Below, one piece after another: positions 48,815 through 58,534 of a stretch of 64,000 bases of DNA. Origin of the DNA: a virus. Taxonomy: Duplodnaviria > Caudoviricetes. Numbering within the stretch: position 1 is the stretch's first letter; the number at the start of each line of letters is the position of its first letter. The notes beneath the pieces were generated by a model. That model saw only the letters and a program-made list of their open reading frames with translations. It searched no databases and was not told the origin of the DNA. The stretch is taken from IMG/VR virus record IMGVR_UViG_3300005546_000002, positions 31,867 through 95,866 of that record; one strand, given 5' to 3'. The position numbers were made by a program, and so were the translations under genes.

Positions 48815-49282
48815 CTATCCAAGCTCTTCAACCCAGAGAGTAGCCCGAATCGTAACTGCGTCTGCGGGCGCGGCGCTCTGTACTACTACGCGTTCGGCGT
48901 TTACGGCCATGAACGCTTCTTCGGGTGCAAACGCCATATCGAAGCCCGCACGGGTGTTCCAAGCGTCTTCGAATAGTACCACCGGAGTACCACCCGTTGC
49001 CTGAGTTGTATTCATCGTCTCAGCGGTAAAGCCTGCCGCAGCCGCAGAAGAATTGACGGGCCTCGGGGTCGGAGCGCTACCGCCTGATCCAGAAGTAGAG
49101 TGCGCGCGCTGGATAGTCAGCGCTAGCTGTTCTTCTTCCGTAGTCGGCTCGGAAGTCTGTGCGATTCTTATTCGCAAAATACGCACGGGCTTGGCTGCGG
49201 CTGGATTCAATTCGAAGAAATCAAAAGCCGCCGCAGGACTCGCAACCCCAGATATAACAACCGTATATACTCGTCCCATCAT
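48815..49282 (-). CDS. Putative virion beta-sandwich protein
   Basis: In structural operon. Confidence 0.65.
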   Translation of the reverse strand: MMGRVYTVVISGVASPAAAFDFFELNPAAAKPVRILRIRIAQTSEPTTEEEQLALTIQRAHSTSGSGGSAPTPRPVNSSAAAAGFTAETMNTTQATGGTPVVLFEDAWNTRAGFDMAFAPEEAFMAVNAERVVVQSAAPADAVTIRATLWVEELG

Positions 49283-50049
49283 CGCCTTAACCTCATGTCT
49301 TGTCCCAATGAACCGCGCCTAGGAAGAAACACCGCTTCAACGGCTGGCGGGACTTCCTTGAATGCAATAAACACGCTCGCCGTGTCATCGGCGGTCCATG
49401 TAGGATCGGAGGTATCGCCTGTGCCGGTAAGAATCCGGAACTCCCCGTTCACGGCGATGTTAGTCACGCCGCTTCCACCAGAAGTCCCCGCTAAGCCGGA
49501 GAATCCTGAATAGCCGGTAGTCTTTGTGAGAGTAGCAGTTGGATTCTCGTGAGCGAGCCCACGAACAAAAAGGTATTCGGCGCTGGGCAGACCAGAAATC
49601 GTCATCGATCCCGGATCAGCCCCGTCATTCGCAAGATCAACAGGGGTACCCGCAACTTGCACCGTACTTCCGGCGCCAATGGAAAACCGCTGAGTCGTGA
49701 ACGCCTTTGCGGTCCGCGCATCGCTAAAGTTCACAGTGATGACATCAACGCCTACTACTAACGCCGTGGTTAATACGGAATAGAACACCGCGACAGTAAC
49801 CCCGGCATTAGCCGCCCCCTGTGCATTACAAAACTCTCGCGCCTTTGTCCACGTATTGCCCTTCGTATCGGTAACAGACGTAAACTCATTCGTGTTGCCA
49901 TCGGCAGTGGCCGCGTTGTCCTTACCAACGATCAGGACCAGAAGATTACCGGCACTGACCGCCTGCATTACACCAGCACTATTTGCTATAGACGACGCGG
50001 AAGTCTTATCACCGACCGCGACATTGTTTCCCAAGTCCGCAAAGGCCAT
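49279..50049 (-). CDS. Putative virion protein (Thr/Gly/Ala-rich beta domain)
   Basis: AGNLLVLIVG...VTDTKGNTWT, similar to the N-terminus of tail protein 30441-32660. Confidence 0.7.
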   Translation of the reverse strand: MAFADLGNNVAVGDKTSASSIANSAGVMQAVSAGNLLVLIVGKDNAATADGNTNEFTSVTDTKGNTWTKAREFCNAQGAANAGVTVAVFYSVLTTALVVGVDVITVNFSDARTAKAFTTQRFSIGAGSTVQVAGTPVDLANDGADPGSMTISGLPSAEYLFVRGLAHENPTATLTKTTGYSGFSGLAGTSGGSGVTNIAVNGEFRILTGTGDTSDPTWTADDTASVFIAFKEVPPAVEAVFLPRRGSLGQDMRLRR

Positions 50050-50058
50050 TTTAGGTCT

Positions 50059-50454
50059 TTACTGCACCGTGAATTCTATTTCCGCCGTAATGTACTGCTG
50101 ACCAGACACCAACTTTTTCGGCTGCACCGCCATCGCTGCTTCCCATACGCCTACGCAATCGGGTGTATAATCCACCGCAACCGTAATCGTCTGACCCGCT
50201 GCTATTGGCACATCGTTTTGAAGCAAGTAGAACGGCGTACAGCCCGCGACGTTGCGATACGTGTAAAGCTGCGTGTGATACAACACAAGATCACGGTTGC
50301 CGTCGTTCGTAACCGTGCCCACAATATGAACCGACTGACCCAGCGTGATCGTTACCGGATCAACTGAAACCGTCGCACTCAGCCCCGCCGGAACCGCGTG
50401 AGCCGAAACAAACAGAACGCAGAGCGTCAAAGATGTGAGCAATAGTCTTTTCAT
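50059..50454 (-). CDS. Signal-peptide Ig-like protein
   Basis: MKRLLLTSLTLCVLFVSAHA; TVTNDG...IAAGQT. Confidence 0.75.
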   Translation of the reverse strand: MKRLLLTSLTLCVLFVSAHAVPAGLSATVSVDPVTITLGQSVHIVGTVTNDGNRDLVLYHTQLYTYRNVAGCTPFYLLQNDVPIAAGQTITVAVDYTPDCVGVWEAAMAVQPKKLVSGQQYITAEIEFTVQ

Positions 50455-50472
50455 TTTCGTCTTCCTTCTTTC

Positions 50473-50488
50473 GTCACGTCAACGTGAC
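50473..50488. repeat. 16-bp palindrome copy 23
   Basis: GTCACGTCAACGTGAC. Confidence 0.95.
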
Positions 50489-50493
50489 TTTGT

Positions 50494-50781
50494 TTATACC
50501 CGCTTCCGAATAGGCAGCTCAATCGTCTGCTCGGTAACGAGTATCTGGACCCCGGAGGCGTCTACGACTTCTACTTCCGCCTCTAAGAGCCCAGCAATTA
50601 CTTCTTCTGACGTAAACTGATATTCGACGTTTGGAGGGGTGACCGTCATCGGCCTAGTTATCAGATCGCCGTCGCCTATCCGGTATCGCAGGGTCGCCGT
50701 AGAATCCGCTAGCCCCGGCAATTCCTCTCCGGCTGTATTCAGACACGTGACGGTCAGGACGGGAGTAGTACCGGCAACCAT
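50494..50781 (-). CDS. BppU N-terminal-like beta protein
   Basis: VEYQFT..E...GLLEAEVEV. Confidence 0.55.
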   Translation of the reverse strand: MVAGTTPVLTVTCLNTAGEELPGLADSTATLRYRIGDGDLITRPMTVTPPNVEYQFTSEEVIAGLLEAEVEVVDASGVQILVTEQTIELPIRKRV

Positions 50782-50783
50782 TC

Positions 50784-51191
50784 TTATTCCTCTGGAACAC
50801 GGCGAACCGTCGATTCAAGCCCGCACTTCGGGCACTGGATACTGTGAACCTCGCCGTCGAACGGAATTGCGGAGATAAGCTCGTCCAATCTCTGCCCGCA
50901 ATACTTCCGAACCTGTAGCTTATTCTCCGGTGCTCGGACAAGCCAGTACTGCTGGCCGCGATAGATCACCGGACCAATCGCTCGCAGAGTATCGGGAGCA
51001 ATCAGAGCCTCGTAGTCTTCCTCGTTCAGAATCGGAGGCTTCATCCTCTGCAACAACGCCTTTACCTGCTCTTCCGACTCTAGCACCGCCCCCGCACAGC
51101 GGTTCTCAATCACGAGCGGCTCCCCCGCCAGCTCTGAAGCCGAGACGACTCCTACGTCGTCTTTCGAAATAGTTACGCTTTCGCTCATCAC
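50784..51191 (-). CDS. Hypothetical protein with Zn ribbon
   Basis: YCG...CPKCG. Confidence 0.65.
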   Translation of the reverse strand: MMSESVTISKDDVGVVSASELAGEPLVIENRCAGAVLESEEQVKALLQRMKPPILNEEDYEALIAPDTLRAIGPVIYRGQQYWLVRAPENKLQVRKYCGQRLDELISAIPFDGEVHSIQCPKCGLESTVRRVPEE

Positions 51192-51201
51192 TATTCTCCT
51201 A

Positions 51202-51945
51202 TTAGACGGTATTGCCGCTCAACTGAGTAGAAAACGTAGACCGCTTGGGCGTATCATTCGCGGCCAACGTCATCTCAACCCAAACACCGATAGCGCTCGC
51301 CGCTGCGAGAACCCCGCCCGGTACGCTCTGCGACACGTTGTCGTCAACGAACGTGACTCCGCCCGGAGCCGTCAATCTATTAGTCACCGTCCCAGTGTCA
51401 TCAACGGCGGTCGCGCAGGCTATTCGAATGATTGCCAGAGGATCGGCGGTCAACTTTACCGCCGCTGTGGTCAATGTCAGAGTTGCGTGAGTGTTCTTCA
51501 GAAAGAACTTCTCATAGAAGATTTTCTGCGAAGCGCCGGACGCCGAATCGTAGAAGAAAATGCGCGTTCGGAGAATCCCGGCCTCCAACGTCGCTACGGT
51601 CACCCCGCCGACGCTCCGCCTGATCGTCACAGTACCCGCCGCCGCTGATGCCAGCAACGCCTTCAAGAACCGCTCAATCACCCCTATGGTCGAGAATATC
51701 ACAGCGGTTACCCCATTGAGCGCCTTCGTCTCCGATACGATCGCTCCCGCCGTGTTCCGTCCGGTGATGGTCAAGTTCATCGTATCAGCGGCATTATCCG
51801 ACAATGCTTCAAGATCGTCGTTCGCCGCCAATTGCGTAAACTCAACCTTCCCGGTCGTGGAAATCGCTCCGCCTTGGGTTGAAACGTCATCTTCGGCGTG
51901 AGACGCCGCCTGAAATGCCTTGAGGTCTGTTGCAGCAATTGACAT
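51202..51945 (-). CDS. Putative virion structural protein
   Basis: GGAGGGG RBS; LAAASAIGVWV C-terminus. Confidence 0.7.
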   Translation of the reverse strand: MSIAATDLKAFQAASHAEDDVSTQGGAISTTGKVEFTQLAANDDLEALSDNAADTMNLTITGRNTAGAIVSETKALNGVTAVIFSTIGVIERFLKALLASAAAGTVTIRRSVGGVTVATLEAGILRTRIFFYDSASGASQKIFYEKFFLKNTHATLTLTTAAVKLTADPLAIIRIACATAVDDTGTVTNRLTAPGGVTFVDDNVSQSVPGGVLAAASAIGVWVEMTLAANDTPKRSTFSTQLSGNTV

Positions 51946-51975
51946 ATCCCCTCCGAGTCCAGTAGATTACAATGG

Positions 51976-52004
51976 ACGGTATCACGAACGGTCTAGCGCG
52001 TCAA
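51976..52004 (-). promoter_or_regulatory. Class II promoter
   Basis: TTGACG-N17 (ending TGA)-TACCGT; shares GTGATTCTACGGTTGACGCGC with the 46822 promoter. Confidence 0.65.
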
Positions 52005-52012
52005 CCGTAGAA

Positions 52013-52291
52013 TCACAGCCTCCGCTGCTTCCTCGCCGGTACCGGCCTCTGTTCTCTCGGTAGCCGAATCGTTCGAGGATCGTAGCGTTTATCGTCACGT
52101 TGACGTGACTTTTCCGACTCGCGTTCGGGTTCTGGTTTCGGTTTGTTAGTCTTAATCACCTTCACGAATATCCCCTTGCAGAGTACAAATAGAAAACCGA
52201 AGTCGGGATGTAACGGATGATCGATTACCTTCCTCTCACACACCGAGCAGGTTGTTAACCCGTTCAACTCGACATACACAGGGACTTCCAT
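52013..52291 (-). CDS. Hypothetical protein
   Basis: CxxC...H; palindrome inside the CDS. Confidence 0.55.
   Translation of the reverse strand: MEVPVYVELNGLTTCSVCERKVIDHPLHPDFGFLFVLCKGIFVKVIKTNKPKPEPERESEKSRQRDDKRYDPRTIRLPREQRPVPARKQRRL
52094..52109. repeat. 16-bp palindrome copy 24 (in CDS)
   Basis: GTCACGTTGACGTGAC. Confidence 0.95.
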
Positions 52292-52980
52292 CAGGCCGCT
52301 TCCTCGCTTTCCGCGCCCAGGGACTGGGCGCTAACTTCGAATATTATGTCGCAGTTGCAGCCGCTTCCGCACTGTCGAGAGCCCGGCTCCGAGAGAGTGC
52401 CGACCGGGACTGCGCCTAGTTCGGTTTCGGCGATACAGTCACCACAAGATTGAGCGCTCGCGCCCAGTACGTTGCGCTCTAGCATCGTTTCTGACGCCAT
52501 CGCTTCTCTTAACCGCGCCGCTGCCCAGTAGGTACTCCGTCCGGCTCTCGCGTAGCTCGCCGCTCGATTCAAGAACTTCTCTCCAAGCAGACTCCGGTCA
52601 ATGTTATCAACCTGAGCCGCGAATCTGTTGAAGTAAGCGAATTCCCTTTGAAGGCGTCCGCCCAGAGAACCCCAACGAGCCGCCGTCATCTGACTCTTCC
52701 CGCCGTTAGCCAAAATAGCGAGCGCCCGGTGTAGATTCTTGATCTCCTGCCCTGATTGAATCGCCCACTCTGCGCTGTTTATCGTTCCGGCAAGGTATTC
52801 GCTGCCTATCTTCCGAAGATTGCTCTGGGCTTGCGAGATTGCCATATCGACCCAGTCTATGATCCGTTGGGGAGCCACGGCCTGTCCGTTAGCCCGCCAG
52901 ATATAGACCCGCTTCGACTCCGACCAGAAGAAGGGAACAACTGGGCGGCGATCTTGCTCTTGAGGATCAGACTGTGGCAT
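52291..52980 (-). CDS. Minor head / MuF-like morphogenesis protein
   Basis: CGDC...PG...CGSGCNC C-terminus; downstream of portal. Confidence 0.8.
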   Translation of the reverse strand: MPQSDPQEQDRRPVVPFFWSESKRVYIWRANGQAVAPQRIIDWVDMAISQAQSNLRKIGSEYLAGTINSAEWAIQSGQEIKNLHRALAILANGGKSQMTAARWGSLGGRLQREFAYFNRFAAQVDNIDRSLLGEKFLNRAASYARAGRSTYWAAARLREAMASETMLERNVLGASAQSCGDCIAETELGAVPVGTLSEPGSRQCGSGCNCDIIFEVSAQSLGAESEEAA

Positions 52981-53180
52981 TAGCTATCCCTGTAGGCCGT
53001 ACTTAATTCGAAGCTTTACCGGACTTGTATCAGCGCCTCGAACAGCTCGCTGATAACAATCTCCGCATACCTTACGTCCGTCTTCAGAAGGACGCTTAAG
53101 ACACGCGGCACATAATCCAGCAGGCCGTTGTTGGCGTAACAAGGCAGGCGCGTTTATCGGGCGTCCTCGATTGCTCATGC

Positions 53181-53495
53181 CTACCCTTTCGACCTGCGCG
53201 GATCAGCCGAGTGCGGTAGCGTCCGCTCTTCCTGAAATTCATTTTGCTGATTGCGAATACGAAGCGAGAAGTTTAGACCTTGCTCAGCATGTAACTTGTT
53301 TAGCATGCTGCTTACCGACCGAACGAAAGCGGCCTTCGTTAACTTTATTACCGTTCCGGCCCTGCCAGCGCGGACGTTCCGTCCGTCAGATGTAAACCTC
53401 TCGTTCGTTACCGTCTGCCCGCTCACCGGATCAGTAAACAGCCAGAGCTTTCGCTTCTTGTCCCAGGTTATCTCGCAGCGTATCAATTTCGGCAT
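53181..53495 (-). CDS. DUF2188-like protein
   Basis: LRIRNQQNEFQEERT.....DP..SKG. Confidence 0.65.
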   Translation of the reverse strand: MPKLIRCEITWDKKRKLWLFTDPVSGQTVTNERFTSDGRNVRAGRAGTVIKLTKAAFVRSVSSMLNKLHAEQGLNFSLRIRNQQNEFQEERTLPHSADPRRSKG

Positions 53496-53505
53496 AAACG
53501 CTCCC

Positions 53506-55116
53506 TTATTCGGTCGGCTCCGCGTCCAACAACCCCGCAGCGTCTTCTACCTCTTCGTTAAACCATTCAACTGCGTCATCGATCTCCGCCTGAGTCGGCG
53601 GTTGGCCGGAAGTGAATAACAAAGCCGTAGCCGCTGCGTTACGCTTCCCCCTCCGCCCTCGCTGACTTCCCGGCTCGGCGTTGATACTGGCAACCTGCCC
53701 ACCAGCCCCGCTCAACGCCGCCCTTGGCTGCGGCTGGTCGGCTTTGTGCTTTACTCCGCTTCTTTCAGCCATCTCGTCTGGACCTATCGAGCCGTTATCA
53801 AAGAGCATCCGGGCATTGCGTATCTTTAGGTACTCAACCTGCGCGTCTCTCAGCAACTCTGCCGCCCGAAGTTCGCCGAATCGGAACTCCACCCGCGCTA
53901 CAATTCCTTGAGCCCGGAGCGCGAGCGTCAATAGCCGCTCTAGAATAAACTCCGACATATGCTGAATGCTCTTGATACCCGCCGCCTGAATCTCCCATTG
54001 CCTGTTGGCGTTCGTGAGATTTCCACTTCCCTGCGCGGCCATCATCAACGGCATCGTTTTCAGCGCCTTGGTCAGCATACGCTCCAACGACTGAATCAGG
54101 TCGCCTACCCCTCCCAGATTCGCCTGCGTCGCAGCCCCTTTTGGAACATTAACCGTCACCATATCGAAATGTACGTAAGCATCATCCGGCTGCAACTTCG
54201 AATACGCAGACCTGATTTCTTCAAACGTCGCCGCAAACCATTCCTTTATCGACTGAGCATCCCCAAGGAGATTCGCGGGCATCAGCTTCTTCATCTTCTC
54301 CGCATCGATTACAAGGTCGAGCCTCGGATACCCTTGCTGCGCTACGACTCTTCGGAGATCATGAAGCAGCCCTATCAAAAACAGCGTGGCGAATATAGCC
54401 GGGTGAATCATTGGCCGACCATGCGGCTTGCCCGGTAGAGGATCAACCGGAGCGTAAACGACTGTCTGCCTATCTAGCGGAGTGAATCCCGGAACGCTAT
54501 TCGTACCGGCGAAGATTCCCTGTTGCTGCCCTAACTGCCAAACCTGCCCGCGCTGAACATCAGCTATTCGTCTGAATCTAACCGTAACCGGATCAGGGGC
54601 CGCTATCTCCAACGGAATTCGCCCGCTCTCGTCCAGCACAAGTTCCGCGAGCATCCCGCCGCGCAGGAACGCAGCAATCGACAGCATATTGATCACGGTA
54701 TCAGCCGGAACAACGTTCGGAGCCGCGTATACCCCGTGAAGCTGCGCGAGGAACGTGTCTATTGCCTTTTGCGCCTTTGTATCAATCGTCTCTTCGCTCG
54801 CTCCGGGCTTCAACGCCTTTACTTTCCAGCCGGGGTTGAATAGCCTCAAGAAGTCCCAGAGCCCCTTGCTTACATCCGGCGACATATCAACGAGCAGCTC
54901 GACCAGCCGCTTGATCGGCATCCGCTCCAACGTCCTTCCGTCGAGCCCATATTCTCTCCATATCTCATCGGGAGCCAGCGGAGCGATTACCCGCATACCA
55001 GAAGTAAACACGTCTTTAATTGAATCGATGCTAGCCCGCCCGCTGGGTAACGCACTTCTCGTTTGAAAGGACGGCACGAGCGCCTCAGACTTAGCTCTCC
55101 TGTGTTTCTTCCCCAT
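53506..55116 (-). CDS. Portal protein
   Basis: 536 aa; DP.PGKPHGRPMI, GYPRLD; synteny. Confidence 0.88.
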   Translation of the reverse strand: MGKKHRRAKSEALVPSFQTRSALPSGRASIDSIKDVFTSGMRVIAPLAPDEIWREYGLDGRTLERMPIKRLVELLVDMSPDVSKGLWDFLRLFNPGWKVKALKPGASEETIDTKAQKAIDTFLAQLHGVYAAPNVVPADTVINMLSIAAFLRGGMLAELVLDESGRIPLEIAAPDPVTVRFRRIADVQRGQVWQLGQQQGIFAGTNSVPGFTPLDRQTVVYAPVDPLPGKPHGRPMIHPAIFATLFLIGLLHDLRRVVAQQGYPRLDLVIDAEKMKKLMPANLLGDAQSIKEWFAATFEEIRSAYSKLQPDDAYVHFDMVTVNVPKGAATQANLGGVGDLIQSLERMLTKALKTMPLMMAAQGSGNLTNANRQWEIQAAGIKSIQHMSEFILERLLTLALRAQGIVARVEFRFGELRAAELLRDAQVEYLKIRNARMLFDNGSIGPDEMAERSGVKHKADQPQPRAALSGAGGQVASINAEPGSQRGRRGKRNAAATALLFTSGQPPTQAEIDDAVEWFNEEVEDAAGLLDAEPTE

Positions 55117-55135
55117 CGGCTTCTCCCTTTAGAGA

Positions 55136-55151
55136 GTCACGTCAACGTGAC
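55136..55151. repeat. 16-bp palindrome copy 25
   Basis: GTCACGTCAACGTGAC. Confidence 0.95.
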
Positions 55152-55541
55152 TTTCATCGCCGTCGCGCAGAGCTGGATTACCTCAGACACTAACCTGAGC
55201 ATTAACGAGTACGGTAAGCTCTCAAACGAGTCTTGATTGATCGACATCGGCTCGAAGTCATTCCGAGATTCGTATAAGTCCCAGGCCGTAATAACCCCTA
55301 CACAGAAGTCGATAGCGCGTACCAGTTTTTCGTCTTTGGCTTGCGCGGCTTCTCTTTGGCCGGTTAGCTTCTTCCAGATCGCTATACACTTTCTCCAAAT
55401 TGATGCGCACAGTCGGCGAATCCTACCATGCTTCATTTCCGGATTGAACACGGAGTTGAGCGCAAGTAGGTCGCCTCTACTGGGGTCAACGGTTACAGTT
55501 AGTATAAGTTCGCTGTTGATACTAATGCGGGTCGTTATCAT
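55137..55541 (-). CDS. Hypothetical protein
   Basis: Stop lies inside a palindrome. Confidence 0.65.
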   Translation of the reverse strand: MITTRISINSELILTVTVDPSRGDLLALNSVFNPEMKHGRIRRLCASIWRKCIAIWKKLTGQREAAQAKDEKLVRAIDFCVGVITAWDLYESRNDFEPMSINQDSFESLPYSLMLRLVSEVIQLCATAMKVTLT

Positions 55542-56684
55542 AGGGTAGAATAGGAATTACCGCTTAGCACTCAATCTCTGTCTGGCGTCCTTCGCAGCTC
55601 TATCAGCCCGGTAACGAAGATCGTCCCGTAGAAGCATATAAGGAACAGAACCGTCTTCATTCGCCCCTTCTCCATCGCCGGATAATCCGGTAGTCTCGAT
55701 AACATAGGAGAAGCTGGGAAAGTACCGGATAGACTAACGTGGTTAAGAAAACAAATCCCCAGAATACCTCAAGCGTTTCTCTCATAACTCGCTCCGTTAA
55801 CTTGGCTTGCTATTCAGCGCGTTAAAGAACGCTTCCGGCTCCCTTACGTTATCGATCAGCTTTCCGTGCCAGTTCAAGGTTATCTCCATCGCCTGATCGT
55901 CGGTGAACCCTGTAGCGATAAGCGCAAGGTAGAACTCCCGACCACGAACTAGCATTGTATGGAGCGCTCGGATCATCGTGGACATCTTTTCCCAAACAGA
56001 GTCGCTATTCAAGTCCTCGCGCTCTAGCATGCGCGCTATATTACTCTGTGTTTTTAGGCACTTATCAACAAGACTGTCGGTGTGTTTTAGTTTCATTTTC
56101 CTTCCCACCAATGTGTAACACCAACGGTCCCGCGCCATTCTCTTGATTCCCAGATACTGCCAAATCTCCTATGCGAGTCTGTTGATGAAAGTAACCTTGC
56201 CTCCGGTTTCGGAAAGTCGTTCGGAGTATACTCCCCATGAACCGGAACCGCAAGTCCAAAATTAGGGAGCCGTTCTGTTACGTCAATCCACATAAAACCA
56301 GCTTTTTCGGGACGGGGAAGAAGCAGCTCAATAAGCTTCTCCCCGCCCCCTCGTCTGCGCGTCTGCTATCCGCGCCGACACCCTGAATAGTTCGAACACC
56401 GTTCAGTCTTCGGCCTATCCACATGAGACGGAAGTCGCTCCGCTGCGTAACAACTCAATCCTAGCCGCCGCTGATATCTCAGCGCCGCAAGACTCAGCGT
56501 TCGAATCAACCGCTCTGCCTCTCTTTGATCGCCATCTCTCAGTGCCCGCCGTAGCCTCTGAGCTGTTTCCACGCATAGCCCATGAGCCTGTTCGACCAGC
56601 GAGTCTATTCGCGCCCCGTTGATCGCTATCGGAGCAACAGCCTCTCTGAGCCGTTCCAACATCTCTGCCGCGTTAGTCATAATA

Positions 56685-56700
56685 GTCACGTCAACGTGGC
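56685..56700. repeat. 16-bp palindrome copy 26 (variant)
   Basis: GTCACGTCAACGTGGC. Confidence 0.9.
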
Positions 56701-57206
56701 TTTGTTCGCATGAAGCCGGATATCACGCCTTGATCATCAACCTCCGCTGTGATGAACCCCCATCCGTCCTTATTCGTTCCAAACAAGCCGTTCAGGAGTC
56801 CAAGTAGACCGACGCGAAGCTCTGTCGTACCATCGTCCGTATACGCCCTCCCCGGCCCCAGCGGCGAACCATCTTTCGGCCACCAGCCAACTTGAATCGT
56901 TGGGTGATCGCCGAGCGCTAGGTTACAGACTACCCGATGATCAACCAACTCGGTTATAGCCTTCCGATCAAGCCCGAGCGCTAGGTTCAAGAATGCTATC
57001 GCATCATCAACCGTAACTACATTCGGGAGCGATCCGCAAGTAACTAGAGCTGGGTCTACTGTCGTTTTCGCCTTCGGGTCAAATTCAAAAGGCGACTTTC
57101 CGCAACAAGGCATTAGCCCACTACCCGGCCCCGGATACATATGAGTCGCCCGAGTCAATTCTGCTTCCTGACCCGCCTCTTCTGCCTGCCCGAATCCTTC
57201 CGACAT
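56691..57206 (-). CDS. Hypothetical phage protein
   Basis: LNLALGLD..AI..L...RV.CN..L.DHPTIQV...VGLLGLLNG; bracketed by palindromes. Confidence 0.7.
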   Translation of the reverse strand: MSEGFGQAEEAGQEAELTRATHMYPGPGSGLMPCCGKSPFEFDPKAKTTVDPALVTCGSLPNVVTVDDAIAFLNLALGLDRKAITELVDHRVVCNLALGDHPTIQVGWWPKDGSPLGPGRAYTDDGTTELRVGLLGLLNGLFGTNKDGWGFITAEVDDQGVISGFMRTKPR

Positions 57207-57222
57207 GTTTGGACCTCTTTCC

Positions 57223-57238
57223 GTCACGCTGACGTGAC
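57223..57238. repeat. 16-bp palindrome copy 27 (variant)
   Basis: GTCACGCTGACGTGAC. Confidence 0.9.
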
Positions 57239-57487
57239 TTACTTCGTTGGGTACCACAACCGCAAAAGACTTCAACCGCGGTCAACTGAATCGCTCGGTT
57301 GAGCGAGAAACCCAAAGTTAACACCGTACGGTTCGTATTTAACAGACTGGCCTTCCTCGATCTTGTATTCTTTGGGCGCGATAATGTAGAAGCCAGGATC
57401 ATCGCCATAGATCAACGTCCGATTTGACTGACGCGTGATCCGCTTCACAGCGAGCGTTTTAATGTCGTTCATCGCTATTCCCGTTTC

Positions 57488-57503
57488 GTCACGTTGACGT
57501 GAC
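57488..57503. repeat. 16-bp palindrome copy 28
   Basis: GTCACGTTGACGTGAC. Confidence 0.95.
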
Positions 57504-57513
57504 TTTCTTTAAC

Positions 57514-58425
57514 TTACTTCTTCGGTACCACGACCGCGAACGCTTTAGTCGTTGACGCGCCGTGGATATCCGTCGCCTTAACCGAACACTCGTAGACGCC
57601 CTTTGCGAAGCTCCTGACCATCAGCGGCCCGGTCGCCTGTGATCCGTCTGAGCAACCCCATTCGATCAACACTGCGTCGCCGTCCGGGTCGCTTACAACG
57701 GCAGCGAACGACAAGTCTCGATTCTTCTTGGTCTTACTCGGCAACACGACCTGAAGACTCGGCGGATGATTAATCGGATCAGGATCAGGAGACTTCTCGA
57801 TAGCCGAAGCCGTAACCTCGACAACCAAATCCTTGTCCGCTTTGATATCGTTGTAGAACGCCTCTGCCTCGACCCTGTACTGTCCCGGTTCGGTGAATTC
57901 GAGATCAATCGTTTGACCCGATACCATCCGGTCGCCCACGCACCACATATAGGTACTCAGCGTCTCCGAATCAACCGAGACGATCTTCAACGTGGTTCTG
58001 AACGGAGCAACCCCGCTCGTAGCCCCTACGACCTCGATGTCGTACTTCGGAGCCTCCGAGGGATTCCCGTCGCAGTCGCAATGGTCTGCGTTCGTCGCCC
58101 GAAAGTTCCAAGAATCAGCCCTGATATCCGCAAAGGCTGAGTGGCGCAGAAAGGAAATGTTCGTATAGAACGAGAAGCCGGGCTGAGAACCGGAGCCCGC
58201 AATATAGAACAGCCCCGGCTCCCAGAACAATACCACGAACTGCCCGGCGAACAGCTTGTCCCCCATCTTCGCCTCGTAGGTTAGCGCCTGCGTGTCGATT
58301 GTTAGGTTAATCCGGGGATCGCGCACGCAAAGCCGCGCCGGGACCTGAGCAGCGACCGCGCATTGCAGAACGCATAAGAGCGCCGCCACGAGTACTGCAT
58401 ATCTTACTGTAGATTTGAGAGTCAT
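57514..58425 (-). CDS. Secreted PKD-domain protein
   Basis: Signal peptide; SGVAPF..., NHPP...SDPDGD...W...G.Y...V.ATD.HGA. Confidence 0.8.
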   Translation of the reverse strand: MTLKSTVRYAVLVAALLCVLQCAVAAQVPARLCVRDPRINLTIDTQALTYEAKMGDKLFAGQFVVLFWEPGLFYIAGSGSQPGFSFYTNISFLRHSAFADIRADSWNFRATNADHCDCDGNPSEAPKYDIEVVGATSGVAPFRTTLKIVSVDSETLSTYMWCVGDRMVSGQTIDLEFTEPGQYRVEAEAFYNDIKADKDLVVEVTASAIEKSPDPDPINHPPSLQVVLPSKTKKNRDLSFAAVVSDPDGDAVLIEWGCSDGSQATGPLMVRSFAKGVYECSVKATDIHGASTTKAFAVVVPKK

Positions 58426-58476
58426 TGTCCTTTTTCTCCTGTGGTGTAATCTTTGTCGTACTTCTTCACGAAAAGA

Positions 58477-58505
58477 CTATTACCCGGTTACAGAAGAAAT
58501 GTCAA
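58477..58505 (-). promoter_or_regulatory. Class I promoter
   Basis: AAATAACTC-TTGACA-N17-TAATAG. Confidence 0.65.
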
Positions 58506-58534
58506 GAGTTATTTCGTCTTACCTTTCGTCTCCC

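Noticed and set aside
51322-51347. Degenerate palindrome-like stretch GACACGTTGTCGTCAAC..ACGTGAC
   Set aside because: Three or more mismatches inside a CDS; not counted.
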